Below the pieces are notes generated by a model, which was not told the origin of the DNA, did not search any database, and worked only from the letters and a program-made list of their open reading frames with translations. The position numbers and the translations under genes are program-made. From the NCBI GenBank assembly GCA_003220935.1, contig QHTT01000072.1, forward strand, positions 577 to 64,576: a stretch of DNA of 64,000 bases, in the 5' to 3' direction. Source of the stretch: Gemmatimonadota bacterium (lineage in GTDB: Bacteria > Gemmatimonadota > Gemmatimonadetes > Gemmatimonadales > GWC2-71-9). Shown here one piece after another: positions 61,697-64,000 of this stretch. Position 1 is the first letter of the stretch; each line of letters begins with the position of its first letter.

Positions 61697-62980
61697 ATGT
61701 CCACGCGCGTCCGCTTCGCCCCCTCGCCCACGGGCTACCTCCACGTCGGCGGCGCCCGCACCGCGCTCTTCAATTGGCTGTACGCGCGCCGCGTCGGCGG
61801 CCGGTTCCTGCTGCGCATCGAGGACACCGACAAGCAGCGCTCCACCGACGAGCATACCCGGGTGATACTCGACGGTCTCACCTGGCTCGGCCTCGATTGG
61901 GACGAAGAGCCCGTGTTCCAGGGCGCTCGGGTGAAGCGGCACCAGGAGGTCGCGGACAAGCTCCTCGCTGACGGCAAGGCGTACCTGGAGGAAGGGGCGA
62001 TCCGCTTCCCCCTGCCGCCCGGTGAGATCGCCTGGGACGACGCGGTGCACGGCCCGATCTCGTTTCAGGGCGATGACATCAAGGACTTCGTCATTCTGCG
62101 CACCGACCGTACGCCCATCTACAACTTCGCGGTCGTGGTGGACGACATCGATATGAGGATCACCCACGTGCTGCGCGGCGACGATCACATCTCCAACACG
62201 CCGAAGCAGATCGCCTTATATCGCGCGCTGGGCGCCTCGCTGCCCAGGTTCGGCCATGTGCCGATGATCCACGGTCCCGACGGCAAGAAGCTCTCCAAGC
62301 GCCACGGCGCTGAAGCAGTCGGCGACTACGAACACATGGGGATCCTGCCCGCTGCCATGCGCAACTTCCTCGCCTTGCTCGGCTGGAGCCCCGGCGGCGA
62401 CCGGGAGATCATGACGCTCGACGAAATGGTGCGGCTGTTCTCCTTCGAGGGTATCCAGAAGAAACCGGCCATCTTCGACATGACGAAGCTTGAATGGATG
62501 AACGGGCAATACTTGTCCATGGCGCCGGCCGAGGAGCTGTATCCGCTGGTGTCGCCCCAGCTCGCGCAGCTCGGCCTGAACGGCAACCAGGACGCCGTCT
62601 TGAAAGCGATCGCGGCGGTGAAGACCCGCTCGCGCACCACGCTCGACGTGGCGAAGCAGGTAGCCGTGCGGCTCGACGCGAAATTCGTCGCGTTCGACGA
62701 CAAGGCGAAAAAAGAAATCGCCAAGGATCCGGCGGGTTACCAGGCGTCGCTCGAGGCGAGCCTCGCCGTCCTGCGCAAGACCGACTGGACGTCGCAAGCG
62801 CTGGAGCAGAGTTTGCGCGCCCTCGCCGACGCAAAGGGTGTGGCCGCCGGGAAGATCTTCCAGCCGATCCGTATCGCGCTCACCGGCGGAACGGTGTCGG
62901 AGCCGGTGAACGAGCTGCTGTATGTCGTTGGGAAAGAGGCGGCGCTGAAGCGGCTGCAGGCGGCGGTCAACTACGCTTAG
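61697..62980 (+). CDS. gltX: Glutamate--tRNA ligase (short form)
   Basis: RFAPSPTGYLHVGG, LRIEDTD, THVLRGDDH, KLSKR. Confidence 0.95.
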   Translation: MSTRVRFAPSPTGYLHVGGARTALFNWLYARRVGGRFLLRIEDTDKQRSTDEHTRVILDGLTWLGLDWDEEPVFQGARVKRHQEVADKLLADGKAYLEEGAIRFPLPPGEIAWDDAVHGPISFQGDDIKDFVILRTDRTPIYNFAVVVDDIDMRITHVLRGDDHISNTPKQIALYRALGASLPRFGHVPMIHGPDGKKLSKRHGAEAVGDYEHMGILPAAMRNFLALLGWSPGGDREIMTLDEMVRLFSFEGIQKKPAIFDMTKLEWMNGQYLSMAPAEELYPLVSPQLAQLGLNGNQDAVLKAIAAVKTRSRTTLDVAKQVAVRLDAKFVAFDDKAKKEIAKDPAGYQASLEASLAVLRKTDWTSQALEQSLRALADAKGVAAGKIFQPIRIALTGGTVSEPVNELLYVVGKEAALKRLQAAVNYA

Positions 62981-63017
62981 CGTAGTGTTTCGCCGAGCAC
63001 ACCCTTTAGGGTGTGAC
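62941..63017 (+). repeat. Structured dispersed repeat, copy F (left arm degenerate)
   Basis: ctacgc tta gcgtag tgtttc gccgagc a caccc ttta gggtg tgac. Confidence 0.75.
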
Positions 63018-63857
63018 TATGACGGTATCGGCTTTGACTTTGGTCGTATCCCCCTTCGCCCGCTTCTCCGCGTCCCGCTCCGCCTGCTTGCGCGCCCGCA
63101 GCTCACGCACGTACCGCCGGAACAGCTGCACCGTCTCGGTGCGGCGGGCCGCCTGCATCAGGTCCTGACGCATGTCCTCGAGCTGCCGCGCCCGCCGCTG
63201 TTCATCATAGTTGCCCTGCGGCAGCGTGATCGGTAGCAGCGCGAGCACCGCGGTCGGGATTTTGATCCCGGCGACGTGGATGTATTGCGAATCGATACCG
63301 ATCGTCTTCCCCGCCACTTCGGTGGTCCACGTCGGCTTCTGGCGCGCGCGCTGCTCCTGGTCGATGATGACGTTGAGCGAGTCGACCATGGCGCGCAGCC
63401 GATGCACCGCGACCGAGTCCTTGTGCTCCTCCCGGGCGTAGAGCGCGTCGGCCACTTCGGCGGGGAGCGCGGGGCGCGGCAGCACCCACAGCCGCCCGTC
63501 TCCCACCTGCGGCGGGCTTTCGATGTGAGGGCCGATGGCGGGCGAGCTGGCGGCGAGCGCGCTGTCCGGCTTGCCCACAATCGGTGCGGGCGGCGGCGTG
63601 GTCGTGTCGACGGCCGGCGCCGGCGCCGGCGGGCGCCCCAGGCCGCCGCTCGGCCCCTTGCCGCGCTTGGTGCCGCCGAACGGCGGCAGCTCCGTGCGGC
63701 GCGGCGGTTGGGGCGGAATGATGGTGATGAGCGACTGGGGACGGTCGATGCGCCACGCGCTGGTGACGGCGAGCGTGAGCAGCGCGCCGTGCAGCACGAG
63801 GCTCGCGGCCCACGTGAGCCGGGCCTTGGCCCGCGGGACCTTCCGCGGCTCAAACAG
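63006..63857 (-). CDS. Hypothetical protein with TonB/TolA-like anchor (SxxLH) and Pro-rich linker; start uncertain
   Basis: [13 protein letters not shown] helix; C-terminal PTWTT...[23 protein letters not shown]. The ORF-track start at 63941 lies inside the upstream gene. Confidence 0.65.
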   Translation of the reverse strand: MFEPRKVPRAKARLTWAASLVLHGALLTLAVTSAWRIDRPQSLITIIPPQPPRRTELPPFGGTKRGKGPSGGLGRPPAPAPAVDTTTPPPAPIVGKPDSALAASSPAIGPHIESPPQVGDGRLWVLPRPALPAEVADALYAREEHKDSVAVHRLRAMVDSLNVIIDQEQRARQKPTWTTEVAGKTIGIDSQYIHVAGIKIPTAVLALLPITLPQGNYDEQRRARQLEDMRQDLMQAARRTETVQLFRRYVRELRARKQAERDAEKRAKGDTTKVKADTVIVTP

Positions 63858-64000
63858 CGGCCAACACCTTTCCGAGACGCTCCGCCGCCTCGCTGAGCCG
63901 CGGCGTCGCGACGGTGAGCGCGATCCGGAAAAACCCCTCACCGCCCGCGCCGAACCCGCTCCCCGGCATGGTGACGACGCCTTCCTCTTCGAGCGCTCGG
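63850..64000 (-). CDS. C-terminus of a class I/II PLP aminotransferase (LL-DAP aminotransferase-like), partial
   Basis: Manual translation: [48 protein letters not shown]. Confidence 0.8.
   Translation of the reverse strand, partial: RALEEEGVVTMPGSGFGAGGEGFFRIALTVATPRLSEAAERLGKVLAAV

Overview
High-GC bacterial chromosome segment. Gene content and order, the PEGA-domain kinase, tandem DUF2723 genes and repeat-laden signal peptides suggest Gemmatimonadota, but this is an inference. The window is mostly housekeeping genes: tilS-hpt-ftsH-folP-cdaA; a long minus-strand run thrS...glyA-hsp20-lon...thiL-plsC-eno-ftsB; valS-selA-gmhB-purN-purH; gltX; and three tRNAs. A few accessory genes are interspersed. 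I see no CRISPR array, transposase, integrase or phage gene. The strongest unexplained signal is a dispersed ~65-100 bp multi-hairpin element: at least 6 copies, with invariant GCTCGGC/GCCGAGC arms and compensatory changes in the flanking stems. It lies between genes, supplies stop codons to purN, gltX and a neighbouring gene, and is translated in frame inside one membrane-protein gene. Several unrelated palindromes and 7-21 bp tandem repeats are also inserted in frame in conserved genes (valS, purH, thiL, hbd, selA, a PQQ dehydrogenase, a signal peptide). All calls come from reading the sequence by eye; no database searches were run.
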